DNA of 48,136 nt from Candidatus Methylomirabilota bacterium (GTDB lineage Bacteria > Methylomirabilota > Methylomirabilia > Rokubacteriales > CSP1-6). The notes under the pieces were generated by a model, which worked only from the letters and a program-made list of their open reading frames with translations, was not told where the DNA came from and did no database searches. The position numbers were made by a program, and so were the translations under genes. Location of the stretch: positions 1 to 48,136 of the forward strand of contig JBKPAK010000054.1 in the NCBI GenBank assembly GCA_046726415.1, written 5' to 3'. This document shows positions 47,888 through 48,136 of the stretch, in pieces. Position 1 is the stretch's first letter, and every line of letters begins with the position of its first letter.

Positions 47888-47963
47888 TCCCCGGTAGCTC
47901 AGTCGGTAGAGCGCCTGACTGTTAATCAGGATGTCGCAGGTTCGAGACCTGCCCGGGGAGCCA
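47888..47963 (+). tRNA. tRNA-Asn (GTT)
   Basis: Acceptor stem TCCCCGG/CCGGGGA + GCCA, D arm GCTC/GAGC, anticodon arm CCTGA-CTGTTAA-TCAGG, T arm GCAGG-TTCGAGA-CCTGC; TGG-TAAACT extended -10 at 47872-47880. Confidence 0.97.
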
Positions 47964-48010
47964 ACACTCACGCCCGCTTGGCGCTCGCCATATTTCGAAG
48001 ATTCTGAAAA

Positions 48011-48029
48011 TGGTGCCAAATTGGTGCCA
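48011..48029 (+). repeat. Direct repeat TGGTGCCA-AAT-TGGTGCCA downstream of the tRNA
   Basis: 8-mer repeated with 11-bp period in an AT-rich patch, 47 nt after the CCA end. Confidence 0.75.
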
Positions 48030-48136
48030 CGTGGCCGGCTGTCCTTCGCCAAAAGCCCGGCCGGCCAGCATCGCGACTGTCCGGGACGCTGAACGGGCGG
48101 CGCGTCGCTGACCGATCGAGCTGAGCTTCAGCGAAC

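Overview
High-GC bacterial chromosomal window; gene style suggests Candidatus Rokubacteria/Methylomirabilota, which is an inference and not tested. It is mostly catabolic: a MocR regulator, a PotABCD-like ABC transporter, three amidases (one with a GatC/AtzG-like partner), a CoA-transferase III + CitE-like lyase pair, frdABCD, an enoyl-CoA hydratase, several oxidoreductases, an orphan xanthine dehydrogenase/CoxL-like subunit, aroQ, infA and tRNA-Asn(GTT). Two loci stand out. (1) A selenoprotein the ORF track splits in two, at 43973-45583: an in-frame UGA in D-U-G-S-C-T-S-W-C with a SECIS-like hairpin fuses a GrdB/PrdB-like UGSC domain to a ~370-aa uncharacterised domain, followed by a cupin and a quinone oxidoreductase. 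(2) A DNA-defence block at 23202-35444: a Type III-like mod/res pair with an OLD-like ATPase-TOPRIM gene coupled between them (its Walker A region removed by an in-frame deletion), a lower-GC tract in mod, a DUF222-HNH gene and a broken TM0106 nuclease-helicase. frdABCD appears to sit behind the promoter of a truncated secreted-protein gene. Several single-base frameshifts may be sequencing errors. All family assignments come from motif recognition, not database searches.
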